Positions 27,630-37,394 are shown, counted from the stretch's first letter. The stretch: 64,000 nt of DNA from an uncultured bacterium (GCA_964473865.1 CAYYQN010000005.1:80035-144034), one strand, 5' to 3'. Translations and numbers: made by a program. Notes: generated from the sequence alone by a model not told the origin.

Positions 27630-29016
27630 GCGCACAACACCGTTCCGGATTCTGCTGGCCGAAGACGAGGCGACCTTTCGGGAAGACATCGAATCGGCGC
27701 TCCGCCGGGCCGGCTGTGACGTCGTCGCCGTCGCCTCCGGAAAGGACGCGCTCGACCGGCTCGAAGGCGAGGAGTTCCACCTCCTAGTCACTGACGTGCG
27801 CATGCCGTCTCCCGACGGCCTCGAGCTTCTTCGGTGGGTGAAGCGGGAGCGGCCCCAGGTCGAGGTGCTGATCCTGACTGGCCAGCGCGAGCTGCTCGAG
27901 AACCCGCGGAGCGCCCGCGACGCCATCCGGGAGGGGGCGTTCGACTACCTCTCGAAGCCGGTGAGCTCCTTTGACCTCCTGGTCAAGGTCGAACGCGTTC
28001 GGGAGCGCTGGGATCTCCTGGCGGAGCGAGAACGGCTGCGACGGTGGGCTTCGCGGCTTGCCGGAGCCGACCTCGAGGAAGGCCGGTTCGAGCAGCTCGT
28101 GGGACGAAGCCGGCCGATTCTCGAGATCTTCTCGCTGGCTCGGAAGGTGGCCGCGTCCGACGCGGTGGTCCTCATCCGCGGCGAGAGCGGCACGGGCAAG
28201 TCGATGCTCGCCGCCGCCATCCACAATCACAGCCCCCGCGCGGATGCCCCGTTCATCAAGATCAACAGCGGCGCGATCCCGGAAAACCTTCTCGAAAGCG
28301 AGTTCTTCGGGCACGAACAGGGCGCCTTCACGGGAGCGGTCCGCCGCAAGGTGGGTCTCTTCGAGGTGGCCGAAAGCGGGACCGTGTTTCTCGACGAGAT
28401 CGGCGACCTGCCTCTGGCCATGCAGGTGAAGGTGCTCGCGGCCATCGAAGAGAAGCGATTCATGAGAGTGGGCGGAACGCAGTCGATCCACTGCGACGTG
28501 AGGATCATCGCCGCGACGCATCGCGACCTCGAAGAGGCGATCCGGACCGGGGCGTTCCGCGAGGACCTCTACTATCGGGTCAATGTCTTCCCTCTGACCC
28601 TCCCTCCCCTGCGGGAACGACCGGAGGACATCCCGCTGTTGGTGGAACACTTCTTGACGAGGAAGGGGATGGACCCGGGCCGGGTACGTCCCGAGGCGAT
28701 TCGACTCCTTTGCGGGCACCCGTTCCCGGGGAACATCCGGGAGATGGAGAACCTGATCGAACGGGCGGCGATTCTGGCCGAGGACTCACCTCTGGGGCCG
28801 GAGCACTTTCCGTCGCTCCTGGGATCAGGCCCGGCGCAACCGGTTGGCTTGCCGGAGATTCCGGATGAAGGAGTGTCGATGGATGACCTGGAGCGTCGAT
28901 ACATCCTGTCCGCGCTGGCCAAGGCCGGCGGGAACAAGAGCCGGGCCGCGGTTCTCCTGGGCATGACCCGGCGAACCCTGTATTCCCGGATGGAACGTCA
29001 CGGCATTCGTCCCTGA
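27622..29016 (+). CDS. Sigma-54-dependent response regulator (NtrC/ZraR/AtoC family)
   Basis: Receiver (LAEDE, VTDVRMP); AAA+ GESGTGKS, ESEFFGHEQGAFTGA, FLDEIG, RIIAATHR, FREDLYYR, PGNIRE; Fis-type HTH GNKSRAAVLLGMTRRTLYSRM. Confidence 0.95.
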   Translation: MPERTTPFRILLAEDEATFREDIESALRRAGCDVVAVASGKDALDRLEGEEFHLLVTDVRMPSPDGLELLRWVKRERPQVEVLILTGQRELLENPRSARDAIREGAFDYLSKPVSSFDLLVKVERVRERWDLLAERERLRRWASRLAGADLEEGRFEQLVGRSRPILEIFSLARKVAASDAVVLIRGESGTGKSMLAAAIHNHSPRADAPFIKINSGAIPENLLESEFFGHEQGAFTGAVRRKVGLFEVAESGTVFLDEIGDLPLAMQVKVLAAIEEKRFMRVGGTQSIHCDVRIIAATHRDLEEAIRTGAFREDLYYRVNVFPLTLPPLRERPEDIPLLVEHFLTRKGMDPGRVRPEAIRLLCGHPFPGNIREMENLIERAAILAEDSPLGPEHFPSLLGSGPAQPVGLPEIPDEGVSMDDLERRYILSALAKAGGNKSRAAVLLGMTRRTLYSRMERHGIRP

Positions 29017-29021
29017 GTTGC

Positions 29022-29052
29022 CCCGTCCGGTACAACCGGTGTACCGGATGGG
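29022..29052. repeat. 13-bp-arm inverted repeat between the regulator and the next gene
   Basis: CCCGTCCGGTACA-ACCGG-TGTACCGGATGGG with one G-T pair; terminator or operator, unresolved. Confidence 0.7.
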
Positions 29053-29092
29053 CTAGCAGCCTGCCAGTCAGGGAAAGGATGGTGCATCCGCG

Positions 29093-30139
29093 ATGCGGTC
29101 ACGCAAGCTCATCTGCCTGCTGCTGCTCCTCGGCGCCGGCCTGGGGCCGACCCTGGCGGCGGCGCAAGCCGGGTCCGGGCCCGATCCGGCGCGGGAGATC
29201 GAGAGAACCGACCGGATCCTCGAGCGCGCGCGGGACCAGGTCGCCGTCTCCCCCAGCGCCCGGGCGGCGAAGCTGCTCAACTACGCACTCGACATGCAGG
29301 CCCGGGCGAGAGCGACCTACAAACCGCAAGACCGCACCAGCTGGCCGGCGGCCCTGCGGCTCACGCTGGAGGCTCGGGACTTCGCCCGCCGAGCGATCGA
29401 GACGGCCGAAATCGAGGTGAAGGCCCACGAGTCCGTCCGGGACCTCATCGAGTCGACGCGCGAGATCTCGCAGGACGCGGCCTCGCTCGTGGCCGAACGC
29501 GGCGACACGGAGGCGCAGCGTCTGCTCGACAGCGGCCTCTGGCTGCTCCAGCGGGCCCAAGAGGCATACCGTGGAGCGGCGTACCGCAACGCCATCCGGC
29601 TGGCGGCGACGGCGCGCGATCTTGTGCAGAGAGCGACCCAGCGGGCGCGCGGCGACGTGCCGGCGGGAAGTGCGTCCGTGGAGACCGCGCTGGACCGGAC
29701 CCAGGCCCTGCTCGATGAGCTGCGGGTCAACCTGGAAGGATCCAGCGACCGTCCCGCGATCCGGCTGAGCGAGGAGGCCCGGCGCCTGCAGGATCGCGCG
29801 CTACGGATGCAGCGGGAGCAGAAGCCCGCGCTGGCGCTGCGCCTGACGACCCAAGCCCGCCATGCCGCGTTGGAGGCGATGCTGAACCTGTCGACCCGGC
29901 CGGATGAGGAAGAGGTGGAGCGGGCCCTGTCGATCGTGGAACAGCTGATCCAGGACTCGGCTCCGGAGATCCAGGCCAGCGGCTCACCTGAGGCGGCCAA
30001 TCTGCTCGAGTCGGCCCGGCAACGCCATGCAGAAGCAGCGGAGCAGCTCGCGAAGGGGAATGCGCCGCAAGCTCTCGCCACGGCGCGGATCGCCGAGGGA
30101 CTGCTCCATCGAGCCGCCGATCTGGCCGGTGAACGTTAG
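29093..30139 (+). CDS. Exported protein made of four ~80-aa helical repeats
   Basis: Signal peptide; four repeats with pattern V/I..l..T..lL..A...v......A..LL..A...Q..A.......ALRL...AR..A..A. Confidence 0.8.
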   Translation: MRSRKLICLLLLLGAGLGPTLAAAQAGSGPDPAREIERTDRILERARDQVAVSPSARAAKLLNYALDMQARARATYKPQDRTSWPAALRLTLEARDFARRAIETAEIEVKAHESVRDLIESTREISQDAASLVAERGDTEAQRLLDSGLWLLQRAQEAYRGAAYRNAIRLAATARDLVQRATQRARGDVPAGSASVETALDRTQALLDELRVNLEGSSDRPAIRLSEEARRLQDRALRMQREQKPALALRLTTQARHAALEAMLNLSTRPDEEEVERALSIVEQLIQDSAPEIQASGSPEAANLLESARQRHAEAAEQLAKGNAPQALATARIAEGLLHRAADLAGER

Positions 30140-30153
30140 GTTCGGAGTTGCGG

Positions 30154-31668
30154 TTGACGCGCCGATACGCCCCGCGCCGCACCTGCCGCCGCACGCGCGC
30201 GCGTGAGAGCCGGCGCTGCGCGCCTCGGGCGTCGGGTCTGCGAAACCTGCGCGCGCCCGAGCGCTCCGTCCCCGACCCGTTTGACCCGCCGCCGTCCCGG
30301 GCGCTTCGGCATGCCGTTCTCGGGCTGCTGATCCTCGCCACTCCCGCCGCGGGATGGGATTTCGGCGGACGGGTCGGCGCGGAGTTCGAGGGACTCGGCG
30401 AGCGGTTCGAGGCCGCGAGCCTCTTCGATGAGAGGGTTCTGCCGGACGGAAGCATCGAAGACGTATTGGAGACCGACCCGGTCCTCTCCCGGAGCCTGAG
30501 CGCGCTCGGTCTGCTCGAGCTCAGGCTCGATTCGGACGCCTTGGCACCGCTCTCCTGCTCCGTCTCCGATGTGGCTCGGGTCGGGGACTCCCGAAGACGG
30601 AACAGCCTACGGGTGGAGAGCGGCTACCGAGCGGGCGCCGATCGGCTTCGTCTCGAGGGGCAGTGGGACGCCCAAGGCGGCAAGGACGAGCCGGCCGCCG
30701 GGTCGAATGCCCGCCTCGCCGGCACCTGGGACCGAAACCGCCTGCCGCTCGGACTGCGTTCCCAGCTGCGGCTGGGGGCCGACTGGTCGCACACCGAGGA
30801 GGAGGATCTGGCACCCATCCTCGAATCCAGGGTCCTCCGCGGCCATGCCGAGCTGCGGCGGACGATGGGCCGGGATCTCGAGCTGCGCGGCCAGGTGGGA
30901 TACCGCCACAAGGATGCGCTGGGGTCGCGCATCGGCTCCTATGATGCGTGGATCGCCGAGACCGAGTCGGACGGGACCCTGGGATGGAGCGATCGGGTGC
31001 TGCTTCTGCTCCGGGCGGAGGATCGCAACCACGCCGCCGACACGCTGGGAATCCCGTCCTCACGGCTCGCCGAAGTGACGGCGCGCTACGAAGTAGCTCG
31101 CCGGGATTGGATCCGCCCCTACACCGAGCATCGTTTCGAGTGGCAGACCTACGACGCCGCGTCCGACATCTTCCGGGATCACCACGGGTGGAGCGGAGAG
31201 GTCGGTACCGAGCTGCTCTGGGACGCATCTCGGGGTCTCCGGGGCTCTCGCCGTGACGATGACAGCCCCGACCTCCGGTTGCGCCTCGGCGGACAGGTCG
31301 AGGTCTTCCGCTCGAAGGCCACAGCGACCGACACGCTCGCCATCGACTCGACGTTCGACAGTTACGGCGGAGTCCTGGGGATCGCTCGCGAGGGAAGCGA
31401 GGAGTTCTGGTTCGACGTGAGCGTGGAGGCCGGCCGCCGCGACTACCGGAACGAGGCGGGCAGCGGAAGCCTCGTCTTCGAAGGGCTCAATCTGAGTCTG
31501 GCCTCGACCGACTACACCTACGTGCACACCTCGCTGCTGCTCGATTGGGCGCCGGCGCCATGGGTGCGGACCGAGGCGTTTTTGCAGTGGGACGAAGAGC
31601 TCCACGAAGTCAGCACGGACGACTTCCGGCTGTGGATGGTCAGTCTTTCGATCACGCATCCGTTTTGA
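30154..31668 (+). CDS. Probable outer-membrane beta-barrel protein
   Basis: Signal-like LGLLILATPAAG-W after a basic N-terminal stretch (start uncertain; TTG 30154 is spaced from GGAG); many amphipathic strands; C-terminal Phe (SLSITHPF), a BamA-type signature. Confidence 0.7.
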   Translation: MTRRYAPRRTCRRTRARESRRCAPRASGLRNLRAPERSVPDPFDPPPSRALRHAVLGLLILATPAAGWDFGGRVGAEFEGLGERFEAASLFDERVLPDGSIEDVLETDPVLSRSLSALGLLELRLDSDALAPLSCSVSDVARVGDSRRRNSLRVESGYRAGADRLRLEGQWDAQGGKDEPAAGSNARLAGTWDRNRLPLGLRSQLRLGADWSHTEEEDLAPILESRVLRGHAELRRTMGRDLELRGQVGYRHKDALGSRIGSYDAWIAETESDGTLGWSDRVLLLLRAEDRNHAADTLGIPSSRLAEVTARYEVARRDWIRPYTEHRFEWQTYDAASDIFRDHHGWSGEVGTELLWDASRGLRGSRRDDDSPDLRLRLGGQVEVFRSKATATDTLAIDSTFDSYGGVLGIAREGSEEFWFDVSVEAGRRDYRNEAGSGSLVFEGLNLSLASTDYTYVHTSLLLDWAPAPWVRTEAFLQWDEELHEVSTDDFRLWMVSLSITHPF

Positions 31669-31965
31669 CCGCCCACGCCGAGAAGCTCCCGCGGGTCGTC
31701 GCGAACAACCTGGTCGCGCCGTCGCCGGTCCATGATCACCAGCGGGTCCGGCCACGCGCAATACGTTCCAGGTTGCCCAGTCTGCACGAACCTGCCATAC
31801 TCAGGGCATGGTGAAGCGCCTGCGCCTCGGGATCGAGTCTCCCGCGATCGTGCCTCCGTCCGAGCAGTGACTTCGCCGCTCGGAACGTGAGGAACCGACA
31901 TTTCCCTGGGGCGTCCGCGGCCGGCCCAGGGGTTGCCGTGACGGATCTGACGCTGGGAGGGAATC

Positions 31966-34149
31966 ATGGGACCGATCCGAAGACGACTCGTCACCCGTAC
32001 TGCCGCGCACCATCCGCTTGTCTGGATCCTCTTCATGTGTCTCGGCGCAATCCTGGTTCCCGGCACGACCCGGGGCGCATGCGTTGACTATTCCGCGTAC
32101 CTCCACTGGGAGGGTTCTACCTATTGCGCCGCCGCCGAGGACGTCGCCTACGAGGGCAACTACGCCTATCTCGTGGGAAGCTACTCGGGGATGTCCGTGG
32201 TCGATGTCTCCAATCCGGCCTCGCCGACGGTGGTCGGGAGTCTGACCGCGCCAGGCGTCGGGCTCGCGGTCGCCGTATCGGGCCGCTATGCTTACGTGGC
32301 CGCAAACAATCGCGGGCTTCAGGTGATCGATGTCTCGGATCCCACGCTCCCGCAGGTCGTCGCAGGCGTTAATACGCCGGGCTACGCCCGGGCAATCACG
32401 CTGGCGGGCCCGTACGCCTACCTTATCGACGGATCGACCGGACTCTACATCATCGATGTGTCCGACCCGGTCCATCCCGTCAGCGTCGGGCACTTCGCAA
32501 CCAGCGGTTCCTATGACGTGGATGTTGCCGGCGCGTACGCGTACCTGGTGAGTGGAAACACCCTCCGCGTCATCGACATTTCCGTTCCGACTTCTCCCAC
32601 CCAGGCGGGTTGGATCGTCACCTCCGGAAGCGCAACCTGCGTGGAGGTGGCCGGAAGGTATGCGTATGTGTCGAATCAAGTCTCGGGGCTGCAGGTAATC
32701 GACGTCTTCAATCCCGCTTCCCCGGTGATCGTAGGCAGCGTCGAAGTGGGGCCAGGCGGGATCCTCGGCCGGGCCGCCGTCCGCGGATCGCTGGTCTACC
32801 AGACGCATATGCACCGCGGCCTTTTCGCGATCGACGTAGCTGACCCCACGGCGCCCCGCGTCGTGGGGCTGGTGGGCACCTTCTCCCATGCCGGCGCGGT
32901 CGCGCTCGGCGAAGAAATGGCCTACGTAGCGGACATCGGCTACCTGCTGGTGGTCGACATCTCCAGGCCCAGCCAGCCCCCCATGCTGGGAAGTCTCGAC
33001 ACCCCAGGCGGCGCCTATGGAATCGCGGCCTCGGGCTCGCAGGCCTATCTCTGCAACGGAGAGAGTCTCCTCGTTCTGGATCTCTCTGATCCGGCCTCGC
33101 CTCTGCTGCAGGGCAGCGCACCGGGCTTGAGTCAGGCCCGCGCCGTCGCTGTCGCGGATGGGCTGGCGTTCGTGGCGTATCAGGCGGGAATCGCGGTTGT
33201 CGATGTCTCGAGTCCAGCCTCACCGCAGATTCTGGGGAGTGCCAGCACGGCGCAGCCCAAAGACCTGACCGCCGGGGGCGGCTATGTCTACGCCGCCTAC
33301 GGAAGCAGCGGGATCAAGGTCATCGATGTGTCCACTCCCACGGTGCCCGTGGTCGTGGGGAGCATGGATACGTATGACGCCCTGGGGGTCGATGTGGCGG
33401 GAACACACCTCTACGTCGCGGATGCATATGGGGGACTGCTCGTCATCGACGTCTCGAATCCCGCTCTTCCACAGAACGTCGCAAGCGTGAGCGCTGATGA
33501 GTACGCGGCCGCCGTCGCGGTCTCGGGAACCTACGCGTACCTCGGACTGGGCGATGGCCAGGAGGTGCAGGTGATCGATATCTCCGATCCGGCGGCGCCC
33601 TGGGTCGTGGCGACAGTCACCACCGCGGGTGCGTGGGCGGACATCGCGGTCCAGGACTCGTTTGTCTACGCGACCAACGAGCACGTGACCAGCGTGGTGG
33701 ATGTGTCCGATCCCGCGGCGCCCGCCTTCATCGGAATGACCTGGTCACCTGGAGGCTGCGGAGCGGTCGCTGTAACGGACGGCTGTCTCTGCGAGGCGGC
33801 GGCCGATTTCGGACTGAGGACCGCACCCTTGCAGTGCGAGGTGGCCGGGGTTGACGACCAGCGCCTGCCCCCGTCGGCCATCGCGATCTCTGCGTTTCCG
33901 AATCCCAGCTCCGGTCAGACTCTGGTCCGGCTCGACACAGGTTCAGGCGGACCGGGCCAGGTGCACATCTTCGACGCGGCGGGTCGAACGGTCCGCACAA
34001 TCACCCGTGGTCCGCTGAGCGCGGGGACCTCTTTCGCAGTCTGGGATGGCCGCGACGAGTCCGGGCGACCGGCGGCACAGGGATGCTACTTTGTGGCGCT
34101 CTCGACCCCGCGGCAAACTGTCAGCCGGCGCCTGGTGTTGACTCGGTAG
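31966..34149 (+). CDS. LVIVD-repeat double beta-propeller with FlgD-Ig C-terminal domain
   Basis: GGGAGGG RBS; signal peptide; 13 clear plus 1 degenerate YAYV...GL.VIDVS.P..P..VG repeats; C-terminal FPNP...WDGRDESG...GCYFV. Confidence 0.9.
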   Translation: MGPIRRRLVTRTAAHHPLVWILFMCLGAILVPGTTRGACVDYSAYLHWEGSTYCAAAEDVAYEGNYAYLVGSYSGMSVVDVSNPASPTVVGSLTAPGVGLAVAVSGRYAYVAANNRGLQVIDVSDPTLPQVVAGVNTPGYARAITLAGPYAYLIDGSTGLYIIDVSDPVHPVSVGHFATSGSYDVDVAGAYAYLVSGNTLRVIDISVPTSPTQAGWIVTSGSATCVEVAGRYAYVSNQVSGLQVIDVFNPASPVIVGSVEVGPGGILGRAAVRGSLVYQTHMHRGLFAIDVADPTAPRVVGLVGTFSHAGAVALGEEMAYVADIGYLLVVDISRPSQPPMLGSLDTPGGAYGIAASGSQAYLCNGESLLVLDLSDPASPLLQGSAPGLSQARAVAVADGLAFVAYQAGIAVVDVSSPASPQILGSASTAQPKDLTAGGGYVYAAYGSSGIKVIDVSTPTVPVVVGSMDTYDALGVDVAGTHLYVADAYGGLLVIDVSNPALPQNVASVSADEYAAAVAVSGTYAYLGLGDGQEVQVIDISDPAAPWVVATVTTAGAWADIAVQDSFVYATNEHVTSVVDVSDPAAPAFIGMTWSPGGCGAVAVTDGCLCEAAADFGLRTAPLQCEVAGVDDQRLPPSAIAISAFPNPSSGQTLVRLDTGSGGPGQVHIFDAAGRTVRTITRGPLSAGTSFAVWDGRDESGRPAAQGCYFVALSTPRQTVSRRLVLTR

Positions 34150-34176
34150 GGCCGATCGGACGGTGCCCGTGACTCT

Positions 34177-34237
34177 GTGGATCCGCGGGCCCGCGGGCCC
34201 GTGAATCTGCGGGCCCGTGAACCCGCGCCCCGCCCCC
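34177..34237. repeat. Small intergenic element: GTGGATC/GATCCAC inverted ends enclosing GCGGGCCCG repeats
   Basis: GCGGGCCCG at 34185, 34193 and 34209; GCGGGCCCGTGAA twice. Confidence 0.55.
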
Positions 34238-34337
34238 CCAGATCCACGGTGCGCGACGGATCCCCTCTTGCGCGCCGTCACCCGGGACCTACACTTGAGG
34301 GTGTGGGCCGGGGGTGGCGTCGCGCGGGAGGGAACAC

Positions 34338-35834
34338 GTGGTTCGAAACGTGAGAAGCAGAACGCGGTTGACTGGGTTCTTCAGCTTCCTGCCATTCCTC
34401 CTCTTCCTCGGCTGCGTCCTGGCCCTGGCCACCGGGGCCCGGGCAGAGGACTCCCTGGTCGAGGAGCTTCTGGAGAAGATGGCCGCCACCCGCGTGGAGC
34501 CGCAGCGCGCCAGCTTCGCCCGCCAGATCCTGAGCCTCGGCCCCTCCGCGCCGGTGCAATCGTTTTGCGAAGGCTACCTGCTGCTTCTGGCCGGTGATGA
34601 CGCCGGAGCCACGTTGAAGCTCGAAGCCGCCCTGGCCAGGAAGAAGCATTTCGGTCAGGCGCCTTACATGTACGGAGATGCCTACAGCGCCCGCGGGCAG
34701 CAAGCCCGAGCGATCGGCGCCTACCGCCGGGCCCTGGCCGTGGAGCCGGAGCTGCTGCCGTCCCGACTGGCGCTCGGACGCCTGCTGTTGGAGTGCGCCG
34801 AGCAGCAGGCGAGTCCCGACTCCGCGGCAGCGTTGCAGCGCGAGGCGATCGAGGTGGTGCAGCGTGGAATCAAGGATCATCCGCGCGAGATGTCCTTGCA
34901 CGTCGCCCTGGGCGACTCGTATGTCGCCATGGGGCGACCCGCCGAGGCGATCTCGCCCTACCTGGTGGCCGACGAGCTCGAGCCGGCCAATGCCGGCGTC
35001 GAGAGCAAGCTCGGGTTTCTCTATGCGGATCGGGGCGAACTGAAGCTTGCACAGTCGTACCTGGCGGCCGCCCTGCGGGACGATCCGAACAACCCCGCCG
35101 CTGTCCGACGGCTCGCTGACCTCTACGGCCGGGAAGGCAAGATCGCCGCGGCGCTCACACTCCTGAGCCAGGGCTGGCGGCCGGTGCGAGATCCGAATGA
35201 ACAAGCGACAATCCGGCGCACGATCGGATTCGGCCTTCTGGCGTTCGGAGAACGCATCAAGGCGCGGGAGCACTTGGAGCAGTCCCAACTGCTCCAGGAC
35301 GATGAGGAGAACGCCCGGGCGCTGGCCTGGCTCGACAGCTCCAAAGCGCCAACCGACCCCCAGGGCCTCGCCCTGGCTCGTAAGGTCCTTCCCGCCTGGA
35401 ATTTCCGTTGGCTGGACGAAGAGAGAATGAAGACCGACACCTGCTGGCCTCCGCCGGAGGTGGCGCCGCGTCTGATCCGTGCGGCGGAGCCGGTCTATCC
35501 CCTGGAGGCCCGCAAGCGCGGAGACGAAGGAGAAGCCCTGGTGCGCGGTCTGATCTCGCCGGAGGGGCGCCTGATCGACGTCAAGATCGCGGAGTCGTCC
35601 GGCTTTCCGAATCTGGACGCTGCGGCTCTGTCCGCCATGCGTCAGTCGGAGGTTGCGCCGGCGGTCTCCAGCGGGGCTCCGGTGGCGTGCTGGATCGAAG
35701 TCCCGTTCCGGTTCTCCCTGCACGGCCGGAAGGGCCGTCTGCGCGACGGAGGCCTTCCAAGCACGCCGGGCTCGGGAGATCAGCACATCCCGGAACCGCC
35801 GGTGGCACCGCCGCCGCCGAACATCGGGAAGTAG
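34338..35834 (+). CDS. TPR-repeat protein fused to a TonB C-terminal domain
   Basis: GTG 34338 after GGGAGGG; signal or anchor helix; TPR-like repeats (AIGAYRRALAVEP, YLAAALRDDPNN); PVYPLEARKRGDEGEALVRGLISPEG...VKIAESSGFPNLDAAA...PVACWIEVPFRF. Confidence 0.85.
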   Translation: MVRNVRSRTRLTGFFSFLPFLLFLGCVLALATGARAEDSLVEELLEKMAATRVEPQRASFARQILSLGPSAPVQSFCEGYLLLLAGDDAGATLKLEAALARKKHFGQAPYMYGDAYSARGQQARAIGAYRRALAVEPELLPSRLALGRLLLECAEQQASPDSAAALQREAIEVVQRGIKDHPREMSLHVALGDSYVAMGRPAEAISPYLVADELEPANAGVESKLGFLYADRGELKLAQSYLAAALRDDPNNPAAVRRLADLYGREGKIAAALTLLSQGWRPVRDPNEQATIRRTIGFGLLAFGERIKAREHLEQSQLLQDDEENARALAWLDSSKAPTDPQGLALARKVLPAWNFRWLDEERMKTDTCWPPPEVAPRLIRAAEPVYPLEARKRGDEGEALVRGLISPEGRLIDVKIAESSGFPNLDAAALSAMRQSEVAPAVSSGAPVACWIEVPFRFSLHGRKGRLRDGGLPSTPGSGDQHIPEPPVAPPPPNIGK

Positions 35835-36023
35835 CCGGCTTCACGCGACTGAGAAGAGGAAAGTGAACCCCGCCCGCGCTTCGGCCGACCATTGATGCCG
35901 AAAGGCCCGGCTTCCCTTCGGACCGGGGGGTCGGTCTCGCGCCCTCGGAAGCGGTCCGGTGCGGGAGCGACAAGTCATCGTGTCGGCGCCGAGGCCCTCC
36001 GGCGGCGAACAGCCGGAGGAGCC

Positions 36024-37394
36024 ATGAACCGAATCACAGCCGGCATCGTCCTGCGGATCCTGCCCTGCTTCACGCTGCTGCTGACTGGCCTGACCGTGGC
36101 GGGCTGCGGAGGGGACGAGGGGATGGAGCCGCCGCCCACGATGGCGATCAGCACGGAAGGGTACGGCTGTTCCGACGGCGCCTCCTCCTGGTATGCGGAC
36201 AAGACCCCGGTCTGGGGGGATCTGCACTCCCACACTCGATTCAGCCATGATGCCGCGGTGATCGAGCTCTGTGACGTGGATCCGGCCGGGGCACTGGACG
36301 CGGCCCGCAGCGCGGCACTCGACTTCGTCGCCATCACGGACCACGCCGAGAACGGGGCGCCGGGCGAGTACACCAAGGCGAAATGGGACAGCCTGATGAG
36401 CCAGGAGGAGGCATTCCAGGCGGAGCATGATCTCCCGATCGTCTTCCCAGCCTTCGAGTACACCAAGAGCGACGGGCGCGCCGGAACGGGGCATCGCAAC
36501 ATCCTCTGCCGGGACTTCGACACCGTTCCTTTCCGCGGATTCGGCTATGACACCTTCGGCCGTCCCACCGAGCTATGGGCCTTTCTGAACCAGAGCCCGG
36601 CCGCGGGCAACTACCTCTGCGTCCCCCACCATCCCGCCAAAGGCGGCGACTACGACAACCCCAACATCCCCCTCTGGACCGACTGGGAAGAAAGTTTCGT
36701 GTCGGAGCCGGCACAGCGTCTGGTCGAGGTCTACAGCCGCCACGGCAGCTCCGAGTTCGCGGGATGCGAGGAGCCGGTGAACCTCCTCTCGGCGGACCAC
36801 ACCGTCGAGTGGGCCCTCGGGCTGTGGCTCACGACCGGGAACCCGGGCTACAAGCTCGGGCTCGTCGGCGGGACGGACACCCACTACGGGAATCCCGGAG
36901 ATGTGACTGAGACTGCGGCAAACGTGGATCCCCGGCTCGGTCCCTACACCGGAGGGCTCACCGCGGTCTGGGTCGCCGGCAAGACTCGTAGCAGCGTCTG
37001 GACTGCGCTTCAGGACAAAGCGTGCTACGCCACGAGCGGGAGCCGTATCCGACTGGAATTCACGGCCAAGCTCGGCGCCACTCTCGTCCCGATGGGACAG
37101 ACCCTCCGTCACTCGCAGGAGCTCGGCCCCGAGGCCGCCGCCCAGGTCCATCTGCACATCCGCGCCACCGGCTCGAACCGCGCGGCAATCACGCGAATCC
37201 AGATCTTTCGGAGCGGCCAGCTCCTCGCGGACCGGTCCGATGCCACATGGGGAGAGACTGCCCATCTGGACTTCCCGGACCGGCTGGAACAGGACCATGC
37301 CTACTATCGCGTCAAGATCTGGGAGTCGAGCCAGGGCGTGAGCGGCGAGCGCGAGCGCGCCTGGTCATCGCCGATCTGGGTGGAACGGGACTGA
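36024..37394 (+). CDS. PHP-fold metallohydrolase lipoprotein (DUF3604 / CehA-McbA-like)
   Basis: ATG 36024 with GGAGGAG RBS; lipobox VAG-C; WGDLHSHT, AITDH, FEYT, GHRN, PHH, GGTDTHYG, GGLTAVW, CYATSG. Confidence 0.8.
   Translation: MNRITAGIVLRILPCFTLLLTGLTVAGCGGDEGMEPPPTMAISTEGYGCSDGASSWYADKTPVWGDLHSHTRFSHDAAVIELCDVDPAGALDAARSAALDFVAITDHAENGAPGEYTKAKWDSLMSQEEAFQAEHDLPIVFPAFEYTKSDGRAGTGHRNILCRDFDTVPFRGFGYDTFGRPTELWAFLNQSPAAGNYLCVPHHPAKGGDYDNPNIPLWTDWEESFVSEPAQRLVEVYSRHGSSEFAGCEEPVNLLSADHTVEWALGLWLTTGNPGYKLGLVGGTDTHYGNPGDVTETAANVDPRLGPYTGGLTAVWVAGKTRSSVWTALQDKACYATSGSRIRLEFTAKLGATLVPMGQTLRHSQELGPEAAAQVHLHIRATGSNRAAITRIQIFRSGQLLADRSDATWGETAHLDFPDRLEQDHAYYRVKIWESSQGVSGERERAWSSPIWVERD

Noticed and set aside
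31669-31810. Coding-looking minus-strand fragment EYGRFVQ...PDPLVIMD...VVRDDPRELLG
   Set aside because: It has no start or RBS, overlaps the end of the barrel gene, and I cannot assign it to any family. It could be a remnant but is unsupported.
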